Counted from the stretch's first letter, positions 21,588-31,464 are shown. The stretch: 64,000 bases of DNA from Coraliomargarita sp. (GCA_965216325.1 OZ244160.1:1152001-1216000); one strand, 5' to 3'. Translations and numbers: made by a program. Notes: generated from the sequence alone by a model not told the origin.

Positions 21588-22595
21588 CCAAGCTTTGGCG
21601 TAGTCTTTCGCAAAGTATGTCAGGATGCTGTCCGCACCCGCACGGCGGATCGCCAGTAGCGACTCATCACGGCAACGCTCAAGATCCAACCAGCCATTTT
21701 GTGCAGCTGCCATGATTTGTGCATACTCACCGGAAACCTGATAGGCTGCCAGTGGCAAATCGGTCTCTTCACGGACTTCGCGAATGATGTCGAGATACGG
21801 ACCGGCTGGCTTCACCATTAGGATGTCAGCGCCCTCCTCCTCGTCTAGGTTCACTTCGATGAGTGCCTCGCGGCGGTTCGCTGGATTGAGCTGGTAGGTT
21901 CGCTTGTCCAAAGCATGCGTGCCTGCGCTGCTGGCACTCCCCACAGCATCTCGGAAAGGCCCATAAAATGCAGATGCGAACTTCGCGGAGTAAGCCATAA
22001 TCGCAGTCTGTTCGAAACCGTTGCCATCCAAAGCCTCACGAATCGCTCCGACACGGCCATCCATCATATCCGACGGAGCGACCACGTCCACACCCGCCTC
22101 GGCTGCCAGCACCGCCATTTCGGCGAGAATTTCGACCGTCGCATCATTGGCCAAATCGCCGCTTGCGACATCCAGTAGGCCGTCGTGACCGTGTGTCGTA
22201 TACGGATCCAATGCGAGATCAGTGATCACCGCGATTTCCGGCACCTCCTTTTTCAGCGCACGAATCGCACGCAAGACTAGTGTGTCCGGATTCAAGGCCT
22301 CGCGGCCCTCGTCAGTTTTCAGTGAGTCGTCCAACTTCGGAAACAGCGCCACCGCTTGGATTCCGAGGGCCGCCAGTTCCTGACACTCCTGCACCAGATG
22401 CGCGATTGAGAAACGCAATTGGCCCGGCATCGAGTCAATTGCTTCAGGAGCTTCGTCACCATCAACTACGAATACCGGCTGAATCAAATGTTCAGGCAGC
22501 ACGTCCGTTTCATTTGCCAATGCGCGAAGTGCAGCGCTGCGGCGCATGCGGCGTGGACGACGAGTGAGATCAAGGCGGTATTGGTTAGCTCCCAT
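21570..22595 (-). CDS. hemB: Porphobilinogen synthase (Mg-type, no Zn cysteines)
   Basis: DLALDPYTTHGHDG, APSDMMDGR, FYGPFRDA, MVKPA, AYQVSGEY. Confidence 0.97.
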   Translation of the reverse strand: MGANQYRLDLTRRPRRMRRSAALRALANETDVLPEHLIQPVFVVDGDEAPEAIDSMPGQLRFSIAHLVQECQELAALGIQAVALFPKLDDSLKTDEGREALNPDTLVLRAIRALKKEVPEIAVITDLALDPYTTHGHDGLLDVASGDLANDATVEILAEMAVLAAEAGVDVVAPSDMMDGRVGAIREALDGNGFEQTAIMAYSAKFASAFYGPFRDAVGSASSAGTHALDKRTYQLNPANRREALIEVNLDEEEGADILMVKPAGPYLDIIREVREETDLPLAAYQVSGEYAQIMAAAQNGWLDLERCRDESLLAIRRAGADSILTYFAKDYAKAWRTSNA

Positions 22596-22892
22596 GGCTC
22601 AAACAGTGCCCAGCGAGCGAAAAAGTGGAAGTGCAAAATGAGGCCTCAGACTGTCGTTTTGCGGCAATGGCGACAGCCCTCGGAACAATAGCGAACCTCG
22701 GACCAACAGCTTTTCCACTTTTTTCTCTATTTAAACGGACGTTGGCATACCGGGCAGATTTTCGCGGGTAGATGCTCTTTTAAGACAGTTTTACCATTAC
22801 GGCGCATACGCTGATGGATCGTGATGCACAGCCAGAACTTTCGGTCTGAATGATTTTCAGTAGGTTTCTGTGTTACATCGCGATCAGTTCAC

Positions 22893-24068
22893 ATGCATCT
22901 ACCGACGAGATCTGCTGCCCTTTCGGCGCTGAAAACGTTTCTACCCCACGCGGCTGAGAAATACACACGCGAGCGGAATTATGCCTACGATTCGGATGGT
23001 TCAAACAGTGTTTCTGGTCTGTCACCATGGATACGGATGCGCATGCTCACTGAGTGTGAAGTGCTTCAGGCTGTAATGGATCTCCATGGTGAAGCCGCCC
23101 CATTGAAGTTTATTGATGAGGTTTGTTGGAGAACTTACTGGAAGGGTTGGCTCGAGCAAAGGCCTAGTATTTGGTGGGACTACTTGCAGCAACGCGCACG
23201 ATTACTGGCTGAATTCAACGATAACGTGAGCTACAACAATGCGATCAAAGCCGAGACGGGGATCGCGTTTTTTGACGCTGTCACACGAGAGCTCAATCAA
23301 ACCGGATATCTGCACAACCACAGCCGGATGTGGTATGCCAGTATTTGGATCCACACGCTACAGTTGCCATGGGAATTAGGAGCCGATTGGTTTCTGAGAC
23401 ATTTGCTCGATGGCGATCCTGCATCAAACACACTGAACTGGCGCTGGGTTGCCGGTTTACACACGCGCGACAAGGCCTATCTCGCACAGCCCAATAACAT
23501 CCATACATTTACTTCTGGAAGATTCATTGTGGACTACCCGCTGGCCACAGAGCCGGTCCACGCACAATTTGTTGAGCACCCAGCGCCTCAGATGCTCCGT
23601 CAGGAGACCTCTGTATGGACCTCTGCGAAGTGTGTACTACTCGTCACGGACGAAGATCTCAGCAGTCCGGAATGGCTGGGGCAGCAAGTCAGTCACCAGG
23701 CAGTCGTTGGCTTCCTACCACTTGCTACGTATCGTGAACTCAGCATCTCCCAACGAGTGATCGACTTCCGTAAGGCCTGTCTCCTGGATAAACTCAATGG
23801 CCCACTCTTCACCGAGATTGACGAACTTCAGCACTGGCTAAGTAAACATGCTTTGGACGGCGTTGTAATGGCGATGCCTCCTGTTGGACTGTGGGATTCC
23901 TTACTGCCGAGACTTGAGACTGCCCTACAGCAATCGAATCGTCAGCTGATCCTCCGACGCCACTGGTGGGATGCCTATCTATATCCCTTTGCGAGACATG
24001 GCTTCTTTAAATTCAAAAAAGCAATTCCGAGTGCATTAAAGCATCTAAAAGAGCACACCGCACAGTAA
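22893..24068 (+). CDS. Photolyase-family protein with N-terminal FAD domain (NewPHL-like inverted topology)
   Basis: SGLSPW, EVCWRTYWKGWLE, TGYLHNHSRMWYASIW, LLDGDPASNTLNWRWVAG all in the N-terminal half; 391 aa. Confidence 0.8.
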   Translation: MHLPTRSAALSALKTFLPHAAEKYTRERNYAYDSDGSNSVSGLSPWIRMRMLTECEVLQAVMDLHGEAAPLKFIDEVCWRTYWKGWLEQRPSIWWDYLQQRARLLAEFNDNVSYNNAIKAETGIAFFDAVTRELNQTGYLHNHSRMWYASIWIHTLQLPWELGADWFLRHLLDGDPASNTLNWRWVAGLHTRDKAYLAQPNNIHTFTSGRFIVDYPLATEPVHAQFVEHPAPQMLRQETSVWTSAKCVLLVTDEDLSSPEWLGQQVSHQAVVGFLPLATYRELSISQRVIDFRKACLLDKLNGPLFTEIDELQHWLSKHALDGVVMAMPPVGLWDSLLPRLETALQQSNRQLILRRHWWDAYLYPFARHGFFKFKKAIPSALKHLKEHTAQ

Positions 24069-24307
24069 TGCCTGATAACAAAAGCAATCGTCGTCAGTAT
24101 AATGCGCACCCTTTACCGAATGGAGAGGGGCATCAGATAATTTATGAATCCGGGTCATCTAGAAAGGTGCATCACTTTCCTTGTCAGGCTGAAGGACATG
24201 AACTGATTCCACACGCCGCTGGGTCCTTTCACAACCCTACACGTCATTACGAACTGATGCAGCGAATCGAAAAGTACATAAGGGACAACAGAGATGAATG
24301 CCGTTGA
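24068..24307 (+). CDS. Hypothetical small protein
   Basis: TAATG coupling to the photolyase stop and overlap with the next gene; no recognised family. Confidence 0.4.
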   Translation: MPDNKSNRRQYNAHPLPNGEGHQIIYESGSSRKVHHFPCQAEGHELIPHAAGSFHNPTRHYELMQRIEKYIRDNRDECR

Positions 24308-24632
24308 AGTTATTTCCCTAATGTGTGCGTTATCCTTCCTTGGCTATGGCACAACTTGTCTCCTCAGTGCACACATGGTAGCTGAGTTTGAGCGATACGG
24401 TATTCCTCAGTTTCGTTTGATCACTGGTCTATTGCAGCTACTTGCTGCCCTCGGCCTAGTGCTTGGGCTCGTTTTGCCCGTCGTCGGTGCATTATCAGCA
24501 GCCGGTCTATCGCTACAAATGGCCTGTGGAGTTAGCGTTCGCATACGGATCGGTGACAGACTGCAACAATGTCTGCCTGCAGCTGTATTCATGTTCATCT
24601 GCGGTTATCTGGCGGTTGCGCTAATTAAATAA
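24294..24632 (+). CDS. DoxX-like membrane protein
   Basis: MVAEFERYG..FRLITGLLQLLAALGL...M...VRIRIGD...PA. Confidence 0.75.
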   Translation: MNAVEVISLMCALSFLGYGTTCLLSAHMVAEFERYGIPQFRLITGLLQLLAALGLVLGLVLPVVGALSAAGLSLQMACGVSVRIRIGDRLQQCLPAAVFMFICGYLAVALIK

Positions 24633-24984
24633 TTAGAATCAGCGAGAGTATCAGCATACAAGCTGCAGGCAGATAGCGCTGTAAGGGGTCGCGCACCTTG
24701 GCATGCATTAGAATCGCTCCAGTCATCAAGACCGCAATCGTCGTCGCCGCTGGTAACAAAAGCAGTGGAAATACGATCGCAAGCAGTAGCATTAGCGCAG
24801 CCGTTAGCTTAAGAAACCCGACGAAATAAAAAACAGGCGCTGGTAATCCGTATGCAGAAAACTCATCCTTTAAGCTACGCGCTCCACCACCCCGATATTT
24901 GGTTACTCGATGGTAACGGATGAGCCAAACGTTGAAGATTCCACATGCGATAATCAGTTGTAAGGTAATGTCTATAAAGTGCAT
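24625..24984 (-). CDS. DoxX-like membrane protein
   Basis: FNVWLIR...YRGGGARSLKDEFSAYGLP...LMTGAILMHAKVRDP...PA. Confidence 0.78.
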   Translation of the reverse strand: MHFIDITLQLIIACGIFNVWLIRYHRVTKYRGGGARSLKDEFSAYGLPAPVFYFVGFLKLTAALMLLLAIVFPLLLLPAATTIAVLMTGAILMHAKVRDPLQRYLPAACMLILSLILII

Positions 24985-25128
24985 GGATGAGACCTATCGT
25001 CCCCAACACAGAAAACTTACTTTACATTAGCGGCACCACACCGACTACATGAATCGCTCTATGGCCTGCGCGCATGCACGCACAACCGGTACCGAAAACC
25101 GTGGGCACTTATGGAATGCGATCCGCCA

Positions 25129-26247
25129 CTAGTATGTCTGCATCGATGGGTCGATCTGCTCGGCCCAAGCAAGAATACCTCCACGCAGGCTTTTCAAGTG
25201 CTTGAAGCGATAGTTTGCCTGCATGGCCTCCGCAGCCTTCAAGCTGCGAACTCCACCTTTGCAATAGACATAGGTCGGTTTGTCAGGATCGTAGCCCAGT
25301 GCCGAGAAGTCGACGGTACCATCAAGAATCTGCCCGAGTGGGACATGCTCACCAGGAAGATTGCAAATCGCACGCTCCCAATCCTCACGCACATCGAGCA
25401 GTTGATACTCAGAGGTATCCGCCTGTAACTCAGCAGGACTGACTTCAGTCACAGAGTCTTGCTGCGCAACGCTACAGCTATAATCAATGAGCTTAAGCTC
25501 CTTCACTGCAGCCTGCTCCGGCACACGACTAAAGTTGATCAACTGTTGACGCATACTCAGCGCATCGAAGGTCAGCAACTTGCCGCTCAGCGGTTCACCG
25601 ATTCCGGTAAGCACTTTGATTGTCTCCGTTGCTTGAATCATACCAATCATTCCAGGCAGCACGCCTACCACTCCGATCTCTGAGCAATTCGGCGAATTCT
25701 CAGGTCGTGGTGGCTCTGGGAACAAACAGCGATACGTCGGCCCTCCTTCGAAATTGAAGACACTCGCCTGCCCTTGGAAGGTATACAGCGCACCGTAAAT
25801 CAGTGGCTTATTCGCCAGCACGCAGGCGTCGTTAATCAAATAGCGGCTGGGGAAATTATCCGTGCCATCGATGATCACGTCATACGGACCAATCAGATCC
25901 AGAGCATTTTCGACGCCTAAGCGAGTCACGTGCGGCACGCAGCCGATATGCGGATTCATTGCCTGTAATTTAGCTGCAGCGAGTTCCGCCTTCGGCTGCC
26001 CGACTTCAGATTCGTTGAACAAAATCTGGCGCTGCAAATTAGACAGGCTGACGACATCGTCATCCACAATGCCAAGGGTGCCGACACCTGCTGCAGCAAG
26101 ATACTGCAGCACCGGGCACCCCAAACCACCCGCTCCGACAACGAGGACTTTTGCCTGTTTGAGCATCAGTTGAGCAGGCTCGCCAAAACTGGGCAGCGTC
26201 AAATGTCGCTGATAGCGCAGTATCTCCTCTTTGCTTAATGGTGTCAT
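25129..26247 (-). CDS. moeB: MoeB/ThiF adenylyltransferase fused to rhodanese (MoeZ-like)
   Basis: RYQRH, VVGAGGLG, SNLQRQ, DGTDNF, NCSEIGVVG; rhodanese LLDVRE...YCKGGVRS...GGILAW; start at MTPLSKEE. Confidence 0.9.
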   Translation of the reverse strand: MTPLSKEEILRYQRHLTLPSFGEPAQLMLKQAKVLVVGAGGLGCPVLQYLAAAGVGTLGIVDDDVVSLSNLQRQILFNESEVGQPKAELAAAKLQAMNPHIGCVPHVTRLGVENALDLIGPYDVIIDGTDNFPSRYLINDACVLANKPLIYGALYTFQGQASVFNFEGGPTYRCLFPEPPRPENSPNCSEIGVVGVLPGMIGMIQATETIKVLTGIGEPLSGKLLTFDALSMRQQLINFSRVPEQAAVKELKLIDYSCSVAQQDSVTEVSPAELQADTSEYQLLDVREDWERAICNLPGEHVPLGQILDGTVDFSALGYDPDKPTYVYCKGGVRSLKAAEAMQANYRFKHLKSLRGGILAWAEQIDPSMQTY

Positions 26248-26374
26248 CTGACCGTAGCCTCCATGCGCACACTCTGGCCATTGTCTGAAACAAGGCAAAG
26301 TGCAAAATAATCGATCTTCGCACAAAGGACGACTTACACTTGACAGGCGATTCCATGCCGCACTTTTTTGTCGG

Positions 26375-26476
26375 CCTTCCTTAGGGGTGACCTGGTATGG
26401 GTCTGAGATGCTTCCTTGCTTCGGCACAGAACGATCCCTTTGAACCTGATCCGGTTGACACCGGCGTAGGGAAAGG
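26375..26476 (+). promoter_or_regulatory. TPP riboswitch
   Basis: GGGGTG...CTGAGA...CCCTTTGAACCTGATCCGGTTGACACCGGCGTAGGGAA hallmark; TTGACA upstream at 26340. Confidence 0.95.
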
Positions 26477-26554
26477 AATGGAACGCTCACGTGAGTGTTT
26501 CGCCTTTCGTTCGCCAAGGCCGGGTCTCAAACAACACACATATTGAGATCCAAC

Positions 26555-28645
26555 ATGAGCATCCAACGAACATCACTCGCATTCGCTGCAGTTCTGACTG
26601 CGAGCTTGAATGCGCAAACTGAGCCCGTCGCTAGCGACGCGGCCGACAACGCCGTCCAAATTCCAGAGACAATTGTCACCGGCACGCTGTGGGAATCCGA
26701 CCTGCAAAAGACCACCGCGAGTATTACCGTGATCGACGAACAACGCCTCAAGCGCAGTGGCACGCAGCACTTCGGAGATCTGATTAACGCGATCCCGAAC
26801 CTTAGCTGGTCCGGCGGTTCCTCACGTCCTCGCTATATCCAAATTCGTGGTATCGGTGAGAACTCTCAATTTGAGGGCGAGACGCCGGATTCGTCCGTGC
26901 GCTTCCTAATCGACGACCTTGACTTCACTGGTCTCGGCACCATCGGCAACCTTTTCGACACCCAGCAAGTTGAAGTCTTGCGCGGTCCACAAGCCGGTGC
27001 ATTCGGCGTGAATGCTGCAGGTGGTGTGATCCAAGTCGTGACCAACGACCCAACTCCTTACTGGACTGGCCAAGTCGAAGGCACTGCAGGTAATGATAGT
27101 CTCTTCGCTGGTGGCGTTGCGGTGGGCGGTCCGCTGCTTAAGAACGACCCAGAACAACTCACTTTCCGCTTCTCTGCCTATCAGCTCCAGCAAGACGGTT
27201 TCCGAGACAACAAGTTCCTTGGTAAAGATGACACCAACGAGCGCGACGAGCTGAACACCCGCCTGAAGCTGCGCTGGATCGCCAACCAAGACTGGCAGTG
27301 GGATGGCACCCTCTTCTATGCCGATGCCGACAACGGCTATGACGAGTGGTCGCTCGACAACACCGAATTCGACACCTATTCGGATCAGCCCGGGCGTGAT
27401 GAGCAGGAGAGCTTTGCGACCAGCGTTCGCGGTGCATGGACCGGTCTGGATAAAGTCGCTGTGACCACCATCACTAGCTTCTCAGATACAGACTCGCTGA
27501 ACAGCTTTGACGGCGACTGGGCTAACCCAATCGACAAACCAGACACGTATAGCGGCTTTGCATTTACTGAGCGCGAACGCCAACGCTGGAGCGAAGAATT
27601 GCGTTTTGACTCCGCAGATCAAGAAGACGCGCTAGGCTTCATCGACCGTTGGACAGCTGGCATTTACTTTGAAGACTTCGAAGAAGACACCGAATTCGGT
27701 GGTGACTTCGGCGCCTTTGACACGACGCTGGAGACCCAAACCTTCAGCTTCTATGGCCAAGGCACGCACCTCTTCAGTGACAGCACACGCCTCACGCTGG
27801 GCCTGCGTGCAGAATACTATGATTTGGAAACCAGTGTTGATTACTCAGAGCCCGCACTTGGCGACAACCCGGACTTTGACGACTGGTTGTTTGGCGGAAA
27901 GCTCACACTCGAGCACGATCTAACCGATACCAAAACGCTCTTCGCATCGATCGCAAAGGGCTATAAAGCGGGCGGCGCCAACATTTACCCAGAGCTTGAA
28001 GCAGACGTCCCAACCGACTACGACACCGAGGGCCTTTGGAACTACGAGTTGGGCCTTCGTGCCGACTGGTTCGAAGGCGCACTCATCACTCAAGTTACCG
28101 TCTTCTATCTGGATCGTGAGGATGCCCAGGTTCGCAGCTCTACCGGCCAAGGTATTGACTTCACTTACGCAACCGCGAATGCAGGAGACGCCGAGCACTA
28201 CGGCGCTGAATTCGAGGGCACTTGGTTTATAAACAAGAATTGGTCCATTAGCGCAGGTCTTGGGCTGCTAGACACAGAACTGGATGAAACTGGCGATGAT
28301 GTTTCCGGCGCTCCGAACTATACTTATAATGCGCGCATCGATTACGTCGCAGACAACGGCTTCTTTGCGAACTTCGAAGTCGTTGGAAGTGATGAATATT
28401 ACGAATCCAACAATCAGGACAACCGCAGCGAACGCACTCGTAGCGAATTCGCGGTGTTCAATGGTGCCGTTGGCTACCGCTATGACAACTGGACGCTCAC
28501 TCTCTGGGGGCGCAATCTTTTCGACGAAGAATATGAAAAGCGTGTGTTCTACTTCGGTAATGAGGGGCCAGACTACACGGCAACGCGCTACGAAAACCCA
28601 GCCGACCCACAACAGTTTGGTGCGACTCTGAATTACAGCTGGTAG
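26555..28645 (+). CDS. TonB-dependent receptor, probably for thiamine or a precursor
   Basis: Signal peptide, ETIVTG TonB box, QIRGIG, VEVLRGPQ, C-terminal LNYSW; downstream of the TPP riboswitch. Confidence 0.9.
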   Translation: MSIQRTSLAFAAVLTASLNAQTEPVASDAADNAVQIPETIVTGTLWESDLQKTTASITVIDEQRLKRSGTQHFGDLINAIPNLSWSGGSSRPRYIQIRGIGENSQFEGETPDSSVRFLIDDLDFTGLGTIGNLFDTQQVEVLRGPQAGAFGVNAAGGVIQVVTNDPTPYWTGQVEGTAGNDSLFAGGVAVGGPLLKNDPEQLTFRFSAYQLQQDGFRDNKFLGKDDTNERDELNTRLKLRWIANQDWQWDGTLFYADADNGYDEWSLDNTEFDTYSDQPGRDEQESFATSVRGAWTGLDKVAVTTITSFSDTDSLNSFDGDWANPIDKPDTYSGFAFTERERQRWSEELRFDSADQEDALGFIDRWTAGIYFEDFEEDTEFGGDFGAFDTTLETQTFSFYGQGTHLFSDSTRLTLGLRAEYYDLETSVDYSEPALGDNPDFDDWLFGGKLTLEHDLTDTKTLFASIAKGYKAGGANIYPELEADVPTDYDTEGLWNYELGLRADWFEGALITQVTVFYLDREDAQVRSSTGQGIDFTYATANAGDAEHYGAEFEGTWFINKNWSISAGLGLLDTELDETGDDVSGAPNYTYNARIDYVADNGFFANFEVVGSDEYYESNNQDNRSERTRSEFAVFNGAVGYRYDNWTLTLWGRNLFDEEYEKRVFYFGNEGPDYTATRYENPADPQQFGATLNYSW

Positions 28646-28668
28646 ACTCAACCGATAGAATCACTTTC

Positions 28669-28700
28669 AAGAGGCGTCCAACACGGGCGCCTCTTTTATT
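28669..28700 (+). terminator. Rho-independent terminator
   Basis: aagaggcgtcc-loop-gggcgcctctt followed by ttatt. Confidence 0.8.
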
Positions 28701-28704
28701 ATTT

Positions 28705-28775
<71 letters not shown>

Positions 28776-29246
28776 CTATTCAATTGCGAGCACCTGGCCG
28801 TAGATCCCATTTGGCAGTTGAAAGCTCTCGCCTTTCTTGAGCCCCAGTAAACGCCCGGCCAGCGGCGACTGCGGTGTAATCACAGTTACCTCGTGGCCTT
28901 CCATCTGGACGACATGTCCTCCTGCGACTCCCGCAAAGAAGAAGTATTCTTCGGAGCCACCGAAATCGCATTTGAAATAAGCACCGAGTGCGACGCTATT
29001 CTTCAGCTTCAATAGCTCGTGCTTCTCAGCCTGAAGTTCTTCAATCGCCTCAGCCCATTGCCGCGCTTGGTCCGCTTGACCGGCAGCTAAGTATGATGCT
29101 TCCAGCCCTTGCGTATCCCACTGCGACTCTGCCTTCGCCTCCTCGTTCGTCGCATAATCGGCTGCATCTTTAGAGGCATCGATTGCATGCTTCAGTTCCG
29201 ATTCGAGGGTATTGATCAGAGTTTGGTAGAACAGTGCTTTATCCAT
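28776..29246 (-). CDS. GreA/GreB-family elongation factor-like protein
   Basis: N-terminal coiled coil AESQWDTQGLEASYLA; C-terminal VITPQSPLAGRLLG.K.GE. Confidence 0.8.
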   Translation of the reverse strand: MDKALFYQTLINTLESELKHAIDASKDAADYATNEEAKAESQWDTQGLEASYLAAGQADQARQWAEAIEELQAEKHELLKLKNSVALGAYFKCDFGGSEEYFFFAGVAGGHVVQMEGHEVTVITPQSPLAGRLLGLKKGESFQLPNGIYGQVLAIE

Positions 29247-29344
29247 TGGTCGTGGGTTAGGAGGTAAGCGAGTAGACTTTCATCCTGCAAAGAGGGTTTC
29301 AACTCTTTTTCGCTCAGGTGCTTAACGCGAGCGGAGCGCGATTT

Positions 29345-29421
29345 GGCAGAACAATTATTGGCAGGACAATTTTCCTCGCTTGCGTATCGATCGAAATTGT
29401 TCAGCCAATAATTATTCTGCC
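29345..29421. repeat. 28-bp imperfect inverted repeat with internal 15-nt periodicity
   Basis: ggcagaacaattattggcaggacaattt vs reverse complement of the right arm ggcagaataattattggctgaacaattt. Confidence 0.75.
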
Positions 29422-29434
29422 CATTAACTGCTCA

Positions 29435-30406
29435 ATGAATTCCAATATTCAACGGACCTCCGCTTACAAACCCGCGCTGTTCTACTTTTGTATCTTCTGT
29501 TTGGGGTGGATCACGCTACTGCTCTACGCTGGTGGATTTACAACCACGATTCGTGCCGGCATGGCATTCCTGGATTGGCCGCTATCGAATGGCTCCATCA
29601 ATCCCGAAGGCTGGACCGTGGAATCCGATATGCGTGCTGAGCATAGTCACCGATTACTGGGAATGATTATCGGAAACTTGTCGCTGGTTCTGCTCCTGTG
29701 GATCTGGCTACGTGAAGAACGCTCAGCTGTTAGGATGCTTGCTCGTCTCTTAGTGCTAGTAGTTATACTTCAAGGCGTGTTGGGCGGTGCCCGGGTGCGC
29801 TTTGATTGGCTCGTAACCGAAGCTGATAACAATTTAGTTGGACAAAGCTTTGCGGTGATTCACGCATGCGGGGCGATGGTTGTGCTTGGGATCTTAGTTT
29901 CGATCACGATCCTCAGCTCACGACGCTGGATTGAGCGAGACGGCGGTTTGACTGAGCCCGTGGCCTGCTCCGCTCCGCAATGGGGCATAATTTCGACGAT
30001 CGGTATCTTCCTCCAAGTGCTCCTTGGGGCAATTATGCGTCATGCCGAAGCAGGGCTAGCGATTGTTAAGTTCCCGCTCGCTCAGCCGGGCAGTCTATTG
30101 CCTGCGTATTGGAATTTTGATGTCGGCATCCATTTCGCGCACCGCGTGGGGGCGGTGATGGTAACGGTGCTGCTGCTGATATTCCTGACAAAGCTCTGGA
30201 ATCACGATGCAACGCGACGCGCCCTATTCTGGGGCTTATTAGCTGTGCTTGGGCTGCTCTGTGTACAGATTTACCTCGGTGCACTCACCATCTGGACGGT
30301 AAGGAATCCTTATGTTGCAACCATTCACCACCTGATTGGTGCTTTTCTACTTGCCAGCACGTGGGCGCTAACTTTGTTCACTTATAGGCTGCGCAAGCGC
30401 AGCTAA
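29435..30406 (+). CDS. ctaA: Heme A synthase
   Basis: AGMAFLDWP, EHSHRLLG, LQGVLGG, HFAHR, conserved His in TM helices. Confidence 0.9.
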   Translation: MNSNIQRTSAYKPALFYFCIFCLGWITLLLYAGGFTTTIRAGMAFLDWPLSNGSINPEGWTVESDMRAEHSHRLLGMIIGNLSLVLLLWIWLREERSAVRMLARLLVLVVILQGVLGGARVRFDWLVTEADNNLVGQSFAVIHACGAMVVLGILVSITILSSRRWIERDGGLTEPVACSAPQWGIISTIGIFLQVLLGAIMRHAEAGLAIVKFPLAQPGSLLPAYWNFDVGIHFAHRVGAVMVTVLLLIFLTKLWNHDATRRALFWGLLAVLGLLCVQIYLGALTIWTVRNPYVATIHHLIGAFLLASTWALTLFTYRLRKRS

Positions 30407-30447
30407 TCTACTGATACCCGGCACCGCTAGCCACATCTACCTTTTTG

Positions 30448-31371
30448 ATGAGTCAACACACGACGAATTCACCCACCTACACCCAAACTACTGAACAGTC
30501 CCTCTCACTACGCGAACAGCTCGTCGATTTCTACGAACTGACCAAACCGCGTTTGAGTTTTCTGTCGGTAATTACTGCAGTGGTCGGCTACCTGTCTGCC
30601 GATCCTGAGCGGAATTTGGGCATCCTCTTTAGCTTGCTGCTCGGCACTTCCTTTGCCGCAGGCGGCGCAGCAGTTCTGAACCAATGGTTGGAGCGTGACG
30701 CAGATGCCCGAATGGTGCGCACCCGCAACCGACCGATACCGGCTGGTCGGGTTAGCCCTCTTCATGCCTTTGCCTATGGTCTCGGGCTAAGCTTCGTGGG
30801 TTGCGGCCTACTACTCTGGGGCGCGAATCCGTTGGCTGCATCACTGACCGCAGCGACCATCGCATCCTACGTGCTGCTCTACACCCCACTCAAACGCCTG
30901 ACGACGTGGAATACAATCATCGGTGCAGTGCCAGGTGCCTTGCCCCCGCTCATCGGTTGGGCTGCAGCCGAAGGTTCGATCAGCACGCTTGGCTGGATTC
31001 TATTCGCGATTCTTTTCCTCTGGCAGCTTCCACACTTTTTCGCGATCGCGTGGACCCACCGTAAAGATTACGCACAGGGTGGGTTTGTGATGCTTTCGAA
31101 TGCAGACACAACTGGCCAGAAGGTCGCGGTTCAATCCTTTGTATTCAGTTTAGCCCTACTCATTAGCACCCTACTTCCTGTTATTTTAGGCTACGCAAGT
31201 TGGATCTTTGGAGCATTCGCCTTCATTATGGGCATCTACATGCTACGTCCGGCAATCGCATTTCTAAAGGCAGAACAACGTGACCAAGCCGCGCGCAAAC
31301 TCTTCATTGCATCCATTTGCTACCTACCAGCCCTACTCGTCCCGCTCGTTCTGGATCTGTGGCTAATATAA
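30448..31371 (+). CDS. ctaB: Protoheme IX farnesyltransferase (heme O synthase)
   Basis: LTKPR, NQWLERDADARMVRTRNRPIPAG, YTPLKR, WQLPHF. Confidence 0.95.
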   Translation: MSQHTTNSPTYTQTTEQSLSLREQLVDFYELTKPRLSFLSVITAVVGYLSADPERNLGILFSLLLGTSFAAGGAAVLNQWLERDADARMVRTRNRPIPAGRVSPLHAFAYGLGLSFVGCGLLLWGANPLAASLTAATIASYVLLYTPLKRLTTWNTIIGAVPGALPPLIGWAAAEGSISTLGWILFAILFLWQLPHFFAIAWTHRKDYAQGGFVMLSNADTTGQKVAVQSFVFSLALLISTLLPVILGYASWIFGAFAFIMGIYMLRPAIAFLKAEQRDQAARKLFIASICYLPALLVPLVLDLWLI

Positions 31372-31374
31372 GAA

Positions 31375-31458
31375 ACTCTTAATCTTGATCCGAATCCGAC
31401 TCTCAATCCCAGTATTCAGAGCAGATTATGATTAAGCATTAAGATTACGATTAAGACT
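31375..31458. repeat. Degenerate hexamer inverted repeat array
   Basis: actctt aatctt gatccg aatccg actctc aatccc ... atgatt aagcatt aagatt acgatt aagact. Confidence 0.6.
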
Positions 31459-31464
31459 TTAAAC

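Noticed and set aside
26381..26389. TTAGGGGTG resembling the sRNA loop motif
   Set aside because: Part of the TPP aptamer P1/P2 junction; other sRNA elements are absent
26482..26500. Palindrome containing TCACGTGA as a possible parS
   Set aside because: Flanks do not match TGTTTCACGTGAAACA; better explained as a riboswitch expression-platform hairpin
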